A stretch of DNA of 64,000 nt from Thermoplasmata archaeon. GTDB lineage: Archaea; Thermoplasmatota; Thermoplasmata; Lutacidiplasmatales; UBA184. The position numbers and the translations under genes are program-made. The stretch lies in the NCBI GenBank assembly GCA_022749895.1, contig JAKIWS010000003.1:11521-75520 (forward strand), written 5' to 3'. The notes beneath the pieces were generated by a model. That model did no database searches, had not been told where the DNA came from, and saw only the letters and a program-made list of their open reading frames with translations. Shown piece by piece: positions 36,162-44,383 of this stretch (the first letter of the stretch is position 1; each line of letters starts with the position of its first letter).

Positions 36162-37133
36162 CTACCTCAGACGAGAGAGGACGAGCATCGCCCGAAGCGT
36201 GATCATCTTACTGGGTCGACCTGGGACCTCGAACGTCAACGGGATCGGTCGGTCCTTGGGGTGAGCCGCGTACCATCGAGCGGACTCGGGATCCGGGTCG
36301 GGCTGCTCCGCGTCGAGGTTCCACTTCCCATCGGACCGTCGTTTCGTCCGCAGGAGTTCGAGGGCGTACGCGAGCCGCGGGTCGTCACCGTACCCGAGAG
36401 CTGTTAGCGCGTCGAGGCCGACCAGGAGGTCGTAGTAGTAGTGGACCGGCCAGTGGAAGCGGTACCACGGCTCGTACCGTTCGCCCTGCTCGTGGAGCCG
36501 GTGTTCGAGATAGTACTCCGTGGTCCGTTCGACCACGGCGTGCATCCCGGTCGTCCACTTCGAACGAGGGAAAGCAGCGAAGGCACCGAGTCCCTCCCAG
36601 GCATCGAGCGTTCGGCTCGGGGCGGGTCCGTCGGAGGAGAAACGACAGGTCCACCCGCCTTTCGGGTGCGCGGACCGGACGAGCCAGTCGAGCGTCGCGC
36701 GCACGCGGGGGTCGTCTTCGTACCCGAAGCGGAGGAGCGCTCGGGCCATGTTGGCGGTGTAGCAGTGGTGGCCCTTTCCCTTCCCGAAACCGCCCACGCC
36801 GCCGCCTTGGAGGGGCGACTTGGCCATCCAGTACTCGGAGGACGCGCGAACTTCCGGGATGGCGCGCGTCGCGCCAAGATCCGCCAACGCGAGCATGTTC
36901 CAGTGGGTCCCTTGGAATCGGGGCTCCAGCCACCCCCGATCGCGCACCCACCACCCCGCCGGATCTCTCCGGCTCAGAATCTCCCGGACCCACCCCCGGG
37001 AGGGGATCTGGCTCCGGGCCTCGCGTACCTTGGGGTCCGACGCCCGCCGGCCGAGGAGTTCGGTCAGCGCGCGGTATCGGATCGAAGGTTGGCTCGGCTC
37101 GAGCAGCCAATCCACGACCGCGTCGCGCGGCAC
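36162..37133 (-). CDS. prenyltransferase/squalene-cyclase-repeat (alpha/alpha toroid) protein
   Basis: Repeated QW-like units (RRDPAGWWV, AHPKGGWTC, KRRSDGKWNL) and aromatic-rich helices. Track ORF 36162..37472 overlaps the RelE gene. Start re-set to the GTG at 37133, 27 nt below the box GATAAATAC at 37155-37164. Confidence 0.6.
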   Translation of the reverse strand: MPRDAVVDWLLEPSQPSIRYRALTELLGRRASDPKVREARSQIPSRGWVREILSRRDPAGWWVRDRGWLEPRFQGTHWNMLALADLGATRAIPEVRASSEYWMAKSPLQGGGVGGFGKGKGHHCYTANMARALLRFGYEDDPRVRATLDWLVRSAHPKGGWTCRFSSDGPAPSRTLDAWEGLGAFAAFPRSKWTTGMHAVVERTTEYYLEHRLHEQGERYEPWYRFHWPVHYYYDLLVGLDALTALGYGDDPRLAYALELLRTKRRSDGKWNLDAEQPDPDPESARWYAAHPKDRPIPLTFEVPGRPSKMITLRAMLVLSRLR

Positions 37134-37154
37134 GCTTCCCGGACGGGTCCCTCT

Positions 37155-37164
37155 GTATTTATCG
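37155..37164 (-). promoter_or_regulatory. TATA-like box for the toroid-protein gene
   Basis: Minus strand reads CCGATAAATACAG, then 22-25 nt to the GTG at 37133. Confidence 0.4.
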
Positions 37165-37339
37165 GGGGTCGGGCTCGAGCGCTGCCGTTCCCCCGGACCA
37201 GGGAAACGATCGGGCGGATGGGCGCTCGATATCGTGGGCGGTTCATAGAACTCGTGGAGGGCTCGACCGACCCGGCAGGGATCGACCCGGTCCGAGCCGC
37301 AAGGTGCCCGCGGCCGACGCTCCGCGCGGTACAGTCGGT

Positions 37340-37639
37340 TCAGCGACGCCGTCGGCTGGTCTTCGGAGGTCGCCTCGGATACGCCCGGGGCCGGGCAACG
37401 ATTCGCGTGATCACGACCGTGGCGCCATCCACACGGTAGACGACACGAAACCCTCCTAGGTGGAAGCGCCACTCACCCGGGTGCCGAGCTCCCGGGCGTA
37501 CCCGGAGCCAGAGGTAGGATCGGAACGGATTCCGAAGGAGGTAGACGAGTTTCTCCGAGAAGAGGCGCTTCTCCCGCCGACCTAGGGCCTGGAATTCACG
37601 CGCTGCGGATTCGAGAAACGCGAGCTCGAAGAGCGTCAC
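37340..37639 (-). CDS. RelE/ParE-family type II toxin
   Basis: 99 aa. The C-terminal W.F.LGGFRVVYRVDGATVVITRIVARPRAY pattern is typical of the RelE/ParE fold. The ATG overlaps the stop of the upstream small ORF (ATGA). Confidence 0.7.
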   Translation of the reverse strand: MTLFELAFLESAAREFQALGRREKRLFSEKLVYLLRNPFRSYLWLRVRPGARHPGEWRFHLGGFRVVYRVDGATVVITRIVARPRAYPRRPPKTSRRRR

Positions 37640-37869
37640 TCGGGGCCAGCCCGTGGGAGCACGGTCCGGCCCGGTACGCGTTTCTCAGTCCGCCAGCGGC
37701 GCTCGATCTCTCGGTAGAACGCCTCGTCGAAGAACGTTTCCTCCAAGAGGCTCTGAAGCATCTCATCGTAGTTCTCCCCTTCCGCCTTGACCGATTCGAG
37801 GAGTCGTCGGGTGCGTTCCGAGACGGTGATAGTGGTGGGGCGGTCGAGAGCCGATGCCACGGCCTCCAA
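37636..37869 (-). CDS. antitoxin (archaeal CopG/VapB-like, TI.V....R.L...K..GE.YD.ML family)
   Basis: 77 aa with TTITVSERTRRLLESVKAEGENYDEMLQSLLEE. 4-nt overlap with the RelE-like gene. The start is TTG at 37869 or GTG at 37860. The palindrome CCAATTGG overlaps the TTG start (37866-37873). Confidence 0.65.
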   Translation of the reverse strand: MEAVASALDRPTTITVSERTRRLLESVKAEGENYDEMLQSLLEETFFDEAFYREIERRWRTEKRVPGRTVLPRAGPE

Positions 37870-38060
37870 TTGGAATCAATTACCATAAGGATGTCGGCAG
37901 GACCAGCCGTGGCTCCGGTCGGAGGTTGTCCCCCACGACGGTGAAGGGCTCGCTTCCTTGCCGAGGTCGCCCAACGACCGGGTGACGGCCGCGTTCAACG
38001 TAGGGCTCCGAAGGGAAACGTCCGTGCCGGGATGCGTTGGGCGGGCCCAACGAATCGGCT

Positions 38061-38345
38061 TTAGGACTTGGGCAAGGCTCCGTAGCCGATATCCTTTCGA
38101 GGCCGGAATCGGGTGAATCGGACGGCATCGCCGTCGAAGACGTCGACGCCCCTCCAGTCGGACACTCGAATTCGATAGACGCGGTGCCCGCGCTCCTCAC
38201 CCAGCAACTTCTGATTCACCCACGGGGGCAGGCGTGTAGGATTCCGCTGCAGCCACCGGAAGATCTCGGCGAACTCCACGAGGATCGGCCGGGGCATGTC
38301 CCGAAGCTGACGACGTGCCTCGTCCGTGAATCGGACCCCGGGCAC
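38061..38345 (-). CDS. RelE/ParE-like type II toxin
   Basis: 94 aa. VYRIRVSDWRGVDVFDGDAVRFTRFRPRKDIGY matches the RelE-type yRirvgdyR...R..aY pattern. It lies 3 nt downstream of a small antitoxin-like ORF. Confidence 0.6.
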   Translation of the reverse strand: MPGVRFTDEARRQLRDMPRPILVEFAEIFRWLQRNPTRLPPWVNQKLLGEERGHRVYRIRVSDWRGVDVFDGDAVRFTRFRPRKDIGYGALPKS

Positions 38346-38348
38346 GGA

Positions 38349-38564
38349 TCACGCCAGCCGGTTTTCCTTCAGCACAACGTCCAGTGTCACACTCGGCCGC
38401 ATCCGAGCGCGACGGGCCATTTCACGAACGAACTCCTGTGGGAGGTGCTCCTCGACGAAGTCGACGAGGACATCGTCCCAAGTCATGTCCCCTCGTTTGA
38501 ACGGTTGGAGCATGCGGAGCGTCGAGGCATGTACCGAAATCGAGGTGATTGGGTCGGACGCCAC
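38349..38564 (-). CDS. antitoxin (same family as 37636..37869)
   Basis: 71 aa with TSISVHASTLRMLQPFKRGDMTWDDVLVDFVEE. The GTG at 38564 is 27 nt below the A/T-rich box TTGAAATAATGTCC (38583-38596). Confidence 0.6.
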   Translation of the reverse strand: MASDPITSISVHASTLRMLQPFKRGDMTWDDVLVDFVEEHLPQEFVREMARRARMRPSVTLDVVLKENRLA

Positions 38565-39008
38565 GGGGGAGTCAGGCGATGGACATTATTTCAATGTTGG
38601 CCGGGTCCCCGGCGTACGGCACCGCGCGCGAGCAGCGCCGTATCGGAGCGCTCCGCTTGGGCCGAAGAGAACAAGGGTTCTGCTCGGACGACACCGACAC
38701 GGCTCCGGTTCCTCGTGGACGCACCCAGGGCACAGACTGGGCTCGACGGGCCCGGTGACCGAGGGGGACGCCCGTGCTGGTGGGCGCCCCATTTATTGGG
38801 CAGGTAAGGAGATTCTAGCCCACGCTGGTCGCCCGTGAGGCGGAGGTGGCGGGGTCCATCGAAGTCGATAGCTGCCGGGGTCGAATCCACGAATCGATGG
38901 TCGCCCTTGGCCACGTGCTGGGATCCCCGACATCCGGGGGGTCCGATCCGCTCCGAAGACGGGTGGGCCGAAGGAACCTTGAGGTGACCGGGCAGCGTAC
39001 GACCCAGG

Positions 39009-39395
39009 TCAGTAGGCCTCCACCGCGAGGCCCGCGACGTGGGAGAAGACCTTGTCCCGGGTCACTAAGATCCCCCGGTGATGCCGCGACGTTGCGGCTA
39101 CCAGAAGATCGTTTCCGGAGAGCGGGGTGCCCCGGCGCAACGCCTCAGCGCCCAACCGGCCGGCTTCCGTCGCTTCCCCGATCTCGAAGGGGAGTACCTC
39201 CAGTCGCTCGAGGAATTCCAACGTCTTCGCGAGCACTCGTCCGCCACGGTAATGCGCCCCGACGAGGACCTCCGCGGCGGCCACCGCCGGCGTCGCCAAT
39301 CGCTCTCCTGCGCTCAAGAGATCTGCCACCTTGCGCACCGCCCAGTCTTCGCCGCGGGCGTAGTCAATCAGAAACGTGGTGTCGAAACAGTGCAC
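39009..39395 (-). CDS. vapC: PIN-domain toxin VapC
   Basis: 128 aa. N-terminal CFDTTFLID (first acidic residue), E..VG, and LSGNDLLVAATS...LVTRD, all typical of PIN. Confidence 0.85.
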   Translation of the reverse strand: MHCFDTTFLIDYARGEDWAVRKVADLLSAGERLATPAVAAAEVLVGAHYRGGRVLAKTLEFLERLEVLPFEIGEATEAGRLGAEALRRGTPLSGNDLLVAATSRHHRGILVTRDKVFSHVAGLAVEAY

Positions 39396-39398
39396 TCC

Positions 39399-39644
39399 TC
39401 AGACCTCCTTTCGGAACGACAAATCCATCCGCTCCCGATCGCGGCGGCGGCCGGCTTCGAGAAAGCTCCGGATTCGCACGAGGTCCTTCTCGGGCATCTC
39501 CTTCCAGATGCCAGCGTACTCCAGAATCGATTGTCGCCCACCGGTGAGCCGTTTCACCGCGGCGCTGAAGGTTTCCCCGGCGCGCCGGTGTCTCCGGAGC
39601 ATCTCGTATGCCTCGTGATCTAAGGCGACGGTCTTCGCGGCCAT
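39399..39644 (-). CDS. vapB: antitoxin VapB (archaeal CopG-like family)
   Basis: KTVALDHEAYEMLRRHRRAGETFSAAVKRLTG. It ends 3 nt before vapC. Start set to the ATG at 39644 (MAAK), downstream of the A/T-rich CTCTATATCGATGTAATATATGG. The track start is 39659. Confidence 0.75.
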   Translation of the reverse strand: MAAKTVALDHEAYEMLRRHRRAGETFSAAVKRLTGGRQSILEYAGIWKEMPEKDLVRIRSFLEAGRRRDRERMDLSFRKEV

Positions 39645-39849
39645 GAGCACTACACCCATATATTACATCGATATAGAGGTCGCGGTTGGCGCGGCGCCGA
39701 TGAACGGCCCGAAGCGGCGCGTCTCGCACCATAGTGCCCCCGATCTCGATTCTTTTCGAGGAAAGGGGGGATTTCGTATCGGTCGAGGCGGCTTGCAAAC
39801 CCTCCAGGTCGTCGCGGTCTCTCGCAACAACGGCAAGGCCATCGCTCGG

Positions 39850-40863
39850 CTACCGACCGTCGAGACGGCGCCGGAGCCATGCCAGCGCCTGGACGCCCTG
39901 GGCCAGCTGGAAGGAGCGGAGCGTGGACAGGCCGGGAGGAGGGGGCTGGCGCGAGTTCCCGAGGAAGAACCCGGTGAGAGCGGCAAGCACCGAATCCACC
40001 CGAGCGGGCTCGGCGTCGCTCGCCAGCGGGCTTAGGTCGAACGAGGTCCAGGGCTTGGGCCCTCCCTGCATAGCTACACTCGGCAGGAAGCAGAGCAGGT
40101 CTACCCATTGCGCGCCAATACACGCGCCGGGCCAATCGGCGATGTAGACACGGTCTTTGCCGAGAAGAATGTTGTCGGCCCGCAAGTCCGAGTGAAGCAG
40201 CGTCGATCCGGCCGACGCTGCCTCGAACTTCGACTCCAATCTGGCTAGTTCGTCAAGATGGCCCCGAGCCCACGAATCGAGATTTTCGAGGCGGTCCGTC
40301 CGGTCTCGATAGGAACCCGCCATCTCGCGCCAGAGAGTGAACGCCTTCCGGTGTCGTTCCCCAAACGTTGCCGCCGCGAACGGGGACGGGGTCAGGATCG
40401 TCGCGAGCCTCTCGACGGCGTGGAGCACTCGATCGAGCTCGCCACTCCTCCAAGGGAGCCGCGGCGTGCGCCCGTCGACTTCGGTCAGGAAAAGGGCGAT
40501 CCACACGCCATCGTCGTACTCGGAGAGGAGCCGCGGCACGGGCGCGGTCGGCGGCATCTGCGCGAGCACCTCCGCCTCCCTCCGGTGTACTTCGGGCGCA
40601 CTCGGGTTCGGCTCGGGACCCACGACCTTGGCGAAGACCTTCCGCCCGTCCGAGAGCAATAGCCGCGAGGCGACCCCCGGAGAGAAGCCGCCGGGCTCGG
40701 AGCGCGATTTGAGGACGCGTGCGTGCAGATGTTCCTCGAGCGCGTCGCGGACGGGCCGAGGGAGCTCCGCCCAGCTCCGCCGTTCGCCTTCGGCCGCCGG
40801 CCACTCCTGCCCGCGTCCCGCCCTGCGTGACCCCACGCCGGCGGCCACGACCATGCCCCCCAT
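39850..40863 (-). CDS. aminoglycoside/choline-kinase-type phosphotransferase (APH family)
   Basis: 337 aa. Catalytic loop LLHSDLRADNILL and IADWPGACIG (DxD-type Mg site), plus a K in VFAKVV. Confidence 0.75.
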   Translation of the reverse strand: MGGMVVAAGVGSRRAGRGQEWPAAEGERRSWAELPRPVRDALEEHLHARVLKSRSEPGGFSPGVASRLLLSDGRKVFAKVVGPEPNPSAPEVHRREAEVLAQMPPTAPVPRLLSEYDDGVWIALFLTEVDGRTPRLPWRSGELDRVLHAVERLATILTPSPFAAATFGERHRKAFTLWREMAGSYRDRTDRLENLDSWARGHLDELARLESKFEAASAGSTLLHSDLRADNILLGKDRVYIADWPGACIGAQWVDLLCFLPSVAMQGGPKPWTSFDLSPLASDAEPARVDSVLAALTGFFLGNSRQPPPPGLSTLRSFQLAQGVQALAWLRRRLDGR

Positions 40864-40944
40864 ATTGTGGGGGAGCGGCGAAGGTTCTCACGATCGGCGG
40901 TCGAGGGCACTCCGTCGGGCGATTTTCGCGGTGCGAAGGTCAAC

Positions 40945-41049
40945 GCCCGTGCTGGGATTCGAACCCAGGTCTGAGGCTCCGCAGGCCTCTAGGATAATCC
41001 ATTGCAGCGGGACCGGATGGTTCCGGTCCTGTAGCTACCCCACACGGGC
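40945..41049 (-). tRNA. tRNA-Arg (anticodon GCG) with a ~30-nt insertion in the D-loop (candidate non-canonical intron)
   Basis: Minus strand: acceptor GCCCGTG/CACGGGC (7 bp). Anticodon arm GAGGC-CTGCGGA-GCCTC (U33, GCG, G37). T arm CTGGG-TTCGAAT-CCCAG. The D stem (GGGT...) is interrupted by ~32 nt that contain a perfect 7-bp hairpin, GGACCGG-AACCAT-CCGGTCC. Total length 105 nt, no encoded CCA. Confidence 0.85.
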
Positions 41050-41201
41050 ACCCGACCTTCCGCCCTCGGCGTACGGCGCGCGAGGAGGGCTCGGTATAAA
41101 ACGCCCCATGTCGCGCGCTCGACCTCGGGACCACCCTTAATACCGGGGAGTCTCCTCGGAGCTCCGCCGGGCCCGGCGACCGGGTCGTGCGGGGAAAGTG
41201 G

Positions 41202-42515
41202 ATGGCGACCGATCCGATCGACGAGCTTCGACGCCTCCCGATGGGAGAGCTCGTCACCGTCGTCAATCCGGACGGGCGCCGATGGCACGGACGGCTCGTC
41301 CCGGCCCACGAGTTATCCGGGGACCGCATCATCCAGCTCAAGCTCGAGAGCGGCTACAACGTCGGGGTCCGGGTCGATCCGGGGGCGAAGATCGAGCACC
41401 ACCCGGCGCCGGCTTCGTCGACGGAGAAGCGCCTGCCCGTTGAACGCCCTCCGACGGCGCCGTCCGCGCCCGCGTCCGGCCCGGTCGCGCTACTGACGAC
41501 GGGAGGTACGATCGCCTCACGGGTGGACTATCAGACCGGCGGCGTCCGGCCGGTTCACGGCGAGCGGGAGATCCTGAGCTTCTTCCCCGAACTCGAACAG
41601 GGCGGGCCGGTGCGCGTGGTCCGCGTCCTCGACAAGCTTAGCGAGGACGTCTCCCGCGACGACTGGGTCCTCCTCGCCCATCAGGTCGAGGCCGCATTCC
41701 GGTCCGGCGCGGTCGGGGTCGTGATCGCGCACGGGACCGATACGCTGCAATTCACGGCGAGCGCCCTGAGCTTCCTCCTCGAGGGGCTCCCCGGACCGGT
41801 CGTCCTCGTCGGCGCGCAGCGCTCTCCCGATCGGCCGTCCTCCGATGGCTTCACGAACATGGCGGCGGCCGTGCGGGTCGCCCGGGAGCCCGACCTCTAT
41901 GAGGTCGTCGTCGTGATGCATGCGGGCCTTTCTGATGACCAGTGGGCGGTCCATCGCGGGACCCGCGTGCGGAAGATGCATTCGAGCCGACGGGACGCGT
42001 TCGCGACGCGGAACGAACCTCCCCTGGGCCGGGTAGCGAACGGAGCGGTGTCCTGGGAGCAGGCGCGTCGTCCGCGGTCCGGTACGCTGCTCGCGGTCAC
42101 GAAGCCACCGGACGGGCGGGGCGCGCTCCTCTGGATGTTCCCGGGGCTCGACCCCACGCGGGCGGCGGAGTTCGCGCGCACGCTCCGCGGGCTCGTCCTC
42201 GCCGGGACCGGTCTCGGTCACACCGCCCAGGAGCATCTCGCCTGGATCCGTGCCGCGACCGGCCGAGGCGCGGTCGTCGCGATGACGACCCAAACCCTCG
42301 GAGGGAGCGTCGACCCGTACGTCTACGCGACCGGGCGCGAGCTGCTCCGGGCGGGCGTCGTCTTCGCGGGCGACATGCTGCCCGAAACGGCGTACGTCAA
42401 ACTCCTCTGGGCGCTCGGCCAGAGCGACGACCCCGCCGAGGTGACGCGCTTGTTCCTCGCGGACCGCGCCGGCGAGATGGTGAACCGGCACACGGACACC
42501 GGGGCGGTCGGGTGA
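41202..42515 (+). CDS. gatD: Glu-tRNA(Gln) amidotransferase subunit D
   Basis: Asparaginase-type motifs LLTTGGTIAS and VIAHGTDTLQF, plus the N-terminal GatD domain (IIQLKLESGYNVGV). ATG at 41202. The track start is the GTG at 41187. Confidence 0.9.
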   Translation: MATDPIDELRRLPMGELVTVVNPDGRRWHGRLVPAHELSGDRIIQLKLESGYNVGVRVDPGAKIEHHPAPASSTEKRLPVERPPTAPSAPASGPVALLTTGGTIASRVDYQTGGVRPVHGEREILSFFPELEQGGPVRVVRVLDKLSEDVSRDDWVLLAHQVEAAFRSGAVGVVIAHGTDTLQFTASALSFLLEGLPGPVVLVGAQRSPDRPSSDGFTNMAAAVRVAREPDLYEVVVVMHAGLSDDQWAVHRGTRVRKMHSSRRDAFATRNEPPLGRVANGAVSWEQARRPRSGTLLAVTKPPDGRGALLWMFPGLDPTRAAEFARTLRGLVLAGTGLGHTAQEHLAWIRAATGRGAVVAMTTQTLGGSVDPYVYATGRELLRAGVVFAGDMLPETAYVKLLWALGQSDDPAEVTRLFLADRAGEMVNRHTDTGAVG

Positions 42516-44383
42516 AGGCCGGCCTCGAGGTCCACCAGCAGCTCGCGACCGCGAAGCTGTTCTGCCGGTGTCCGTCCGAGCTCTCCGAGGCCGTCCTCGG
42601 CGTCGTCCGGCGTTCGCTCCGCGCGACGGGGGGTGAGGATCACCTCGTCGACGCCGCGGCGGCCTTCCAGTCGGCGCGGGGGCTCATCTTCCGGTACGAG
42701 ATCAGCCCGTCGAGCTGCCTCGTCGACCTCGACGAGGAGCCCCCCGGGCTCCTCAATCCGGAGGCGTTGGACGTCGCGCTCACCGTCGCGATGATGCTCG
42801 GCGCGCGGGTCCTCGACGAGGTCGAGGTGATGCGCAAGATCGTTGTGGACGGGTCGAACACCTCCGGCTTCCAGCGGACCGCGCTCGTGGCCGTCGACGG
42901 GGCGATCGACGTGGGGGGCCAACGGTACCGGATCGACACGATCGCGCTCGAGGAGGATGCGGCCCGGCGGATCGACGGCGGGGCCCACGAGGTCAGCTTC
43001 CGGCTCGACCGGCTCGGCGTGCCCCTGATCGAGATCGCCACGGCGCCCGAGATCACGCAGGGCGCCGAGGCCCGGGCCGTGGCCGAGGAGATCGGGGCGG
43101 TGCTCCGTTCGACCGGACGGGTCCGACGGGGGATCGGCACGATCCGGGAAGACCTCAACGTTTCGACCGACGGCGGCGCGCGCGTCGAGATCAAGGGCGT
43201 CCAGCAGCTCCGACTCCTCGAGAAGTACGCGGGGGTGGAGGAGGAGCGCCAACGCCGACTTCTCGAGGTGGCGACGGAGCTCCGCCGTCGTGGGGCGAGC
43301 GTCCCCCCCGAAGGGGCGCGACCCGTGACCGACCTTCTCCGTGAGGTCGTCGAGGGGCCTCTTCGCTTCCGGGACGGGTGGGTCGTCGTTGGCCTGCGAT
43401 TTCGAGGGTTCGCCGGTTTGTTGCGGGCGAACACTCCCGACGGGCCCCGGCTCGGGCGCGAGCTCGCCGACCATGCCCGGAGCGTGGGCCTGGGCGGTCT
43501 CCTGCACTCGGACGAGCTTCCCGGGCAGGGAATCGGCGAGCAACTCCTCGTTCGCCTGCGCCGCGAGCTGGACGCGGAACCGGCGGATGCCCTCGTTCTC
43601 CTCGCCGCGCCGGACCTCGCGCGGGCCCACGCGGCCGCCTACCGAGTCCAGGGCCGCGCCCGCGCCGCGCTCGACGGCGTGCCTCCCGAGACGCGCGACC
43701 CTCTGCCCGACGGAACGACCCGCTACTCACGACCGCTACCCGGACGCAATCGGATGTACCCGGAGACGGACGTACCTCCGACGACGATCGACGCGGCCCG
43801 GACCGAGCGCCTCCAGGGCGTCCTCCCCGAGCGGCCGTCCGCGACCCGTCAACGGCTCGCGGCCGACTTTGCCCTCCGGCCGGAACGGATCGATCAGCTG
43901 TGGCGCTCCGGCGAGGTCGCGCGGTTCGAGCAGTTCGTCGCCGACGGTCGAACGGCGAACAACGTGGCGCGCCTCCTCACCCAAGAATTGCCGGCCGCGA
44001 TGGGGCGCCTCTCGGGCGACGGCGAACGCGAGGTGAGCGACGATCTCCTGCGGGCTCTCCTCGTGGCCCTGGAGCGGGGCACGATCGCGAAGGAGGCGAT
44101 CCCCCCGGTGCTCGACGAGCTGCTGGCCGGGGCGACGTCCGTCGCCGACGCGGCGGAGCGCCGGGGACTCGTCGGGGTCTCGGGCGACGAACTCGGGGAC
44201 ATGGCGGGCAAGGTCGTGGCGGCGAACCGGGAGCTCGTACTCGCGAAGGGCATGGCCGCGTTCTCCGCGTTGATGGGCGACCTCATGAAGGAGGTCCGGG
44301 GACGGCGGGACGGGAAGGAGGTGGCGGCGGCCCTGCGCACGAAGATGGCGGGACTGCTCGCCTCCGAGGGCCGGCCGACGTGA
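42512..44383 (+). CDS. gatE: Glu-tRNA(Gln) amidotransferase subunit E
   Basis: C-terminal 623 aa of track ORF 41942..44383. The GTG at 42512 overlaps the gatD stop (GTGA). N-terminus KAGLEVHQQLATAKLFCRCPS and the body are typical of GatE. Confidence 0.9.
   Translation: MKAGLEVHQQLATAKLFCRCPSELSEAVLGVVRRSLRATGGEDHLVDAAAAFQSARGLIFRYEISPSSCLVDLDEEPPGLLNPEALDVALTVAMMLGARVLDEVEVMRKIVVDGSNTSGFQRTALVAVDGAIDVGGQRYRIDTIALEEDAARRIDGGAHEVSFRLDRLGVPLIEIATAPEITQGAEARAVAEEIGAVLRSTGRVRRGIGTIREDLNVSTDGGARVEIKGVQQLRLLEKYAGVEEERQRRLLEVATELRRRGASVPPEGARPVTDLLREVVEGPLRFRDGWVVVGLRFRGFAGLLRANTPDGPRLGRELADHARSVGLGGLLHSDELPGQGIGEQLLVRLRRELDAEPADALVLLAAPDLARAHAAAYRVQGRARAALDGVPPETRDPLPDGTTRYSRPLPGRNRMYPETDVPPTTIDAARTERLQGVLPERPSATRQRLAADFALRPERIDQLWRSGEVARFEQFVADGRTANNVARLLTQELPAAMGRLSGDGEREVSDDLLRALLVALERGTIAKEAIPPVLDELLAGATSVADAAERRGLVGVSGDELGDMAGKVVAANRELVLAKGMAAFSALMGDLMKEVRGRRDGKEVAAALRTKMAGLLASEGRPT

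Noticed and set aside
38871-38895. A tRNA T-arm-like fragment (CCGGGGTCGAATCCACG), considered as a possible att remnant of an element integrated at tRNA-Arg.
   Set aside because: It lacks one T of the TTCGAAT loop, and the stem halves do not pair. It is in the opposite orientation to the tRNA-Arg gene and shares no extended identity with its 3' end. No integrase is present.
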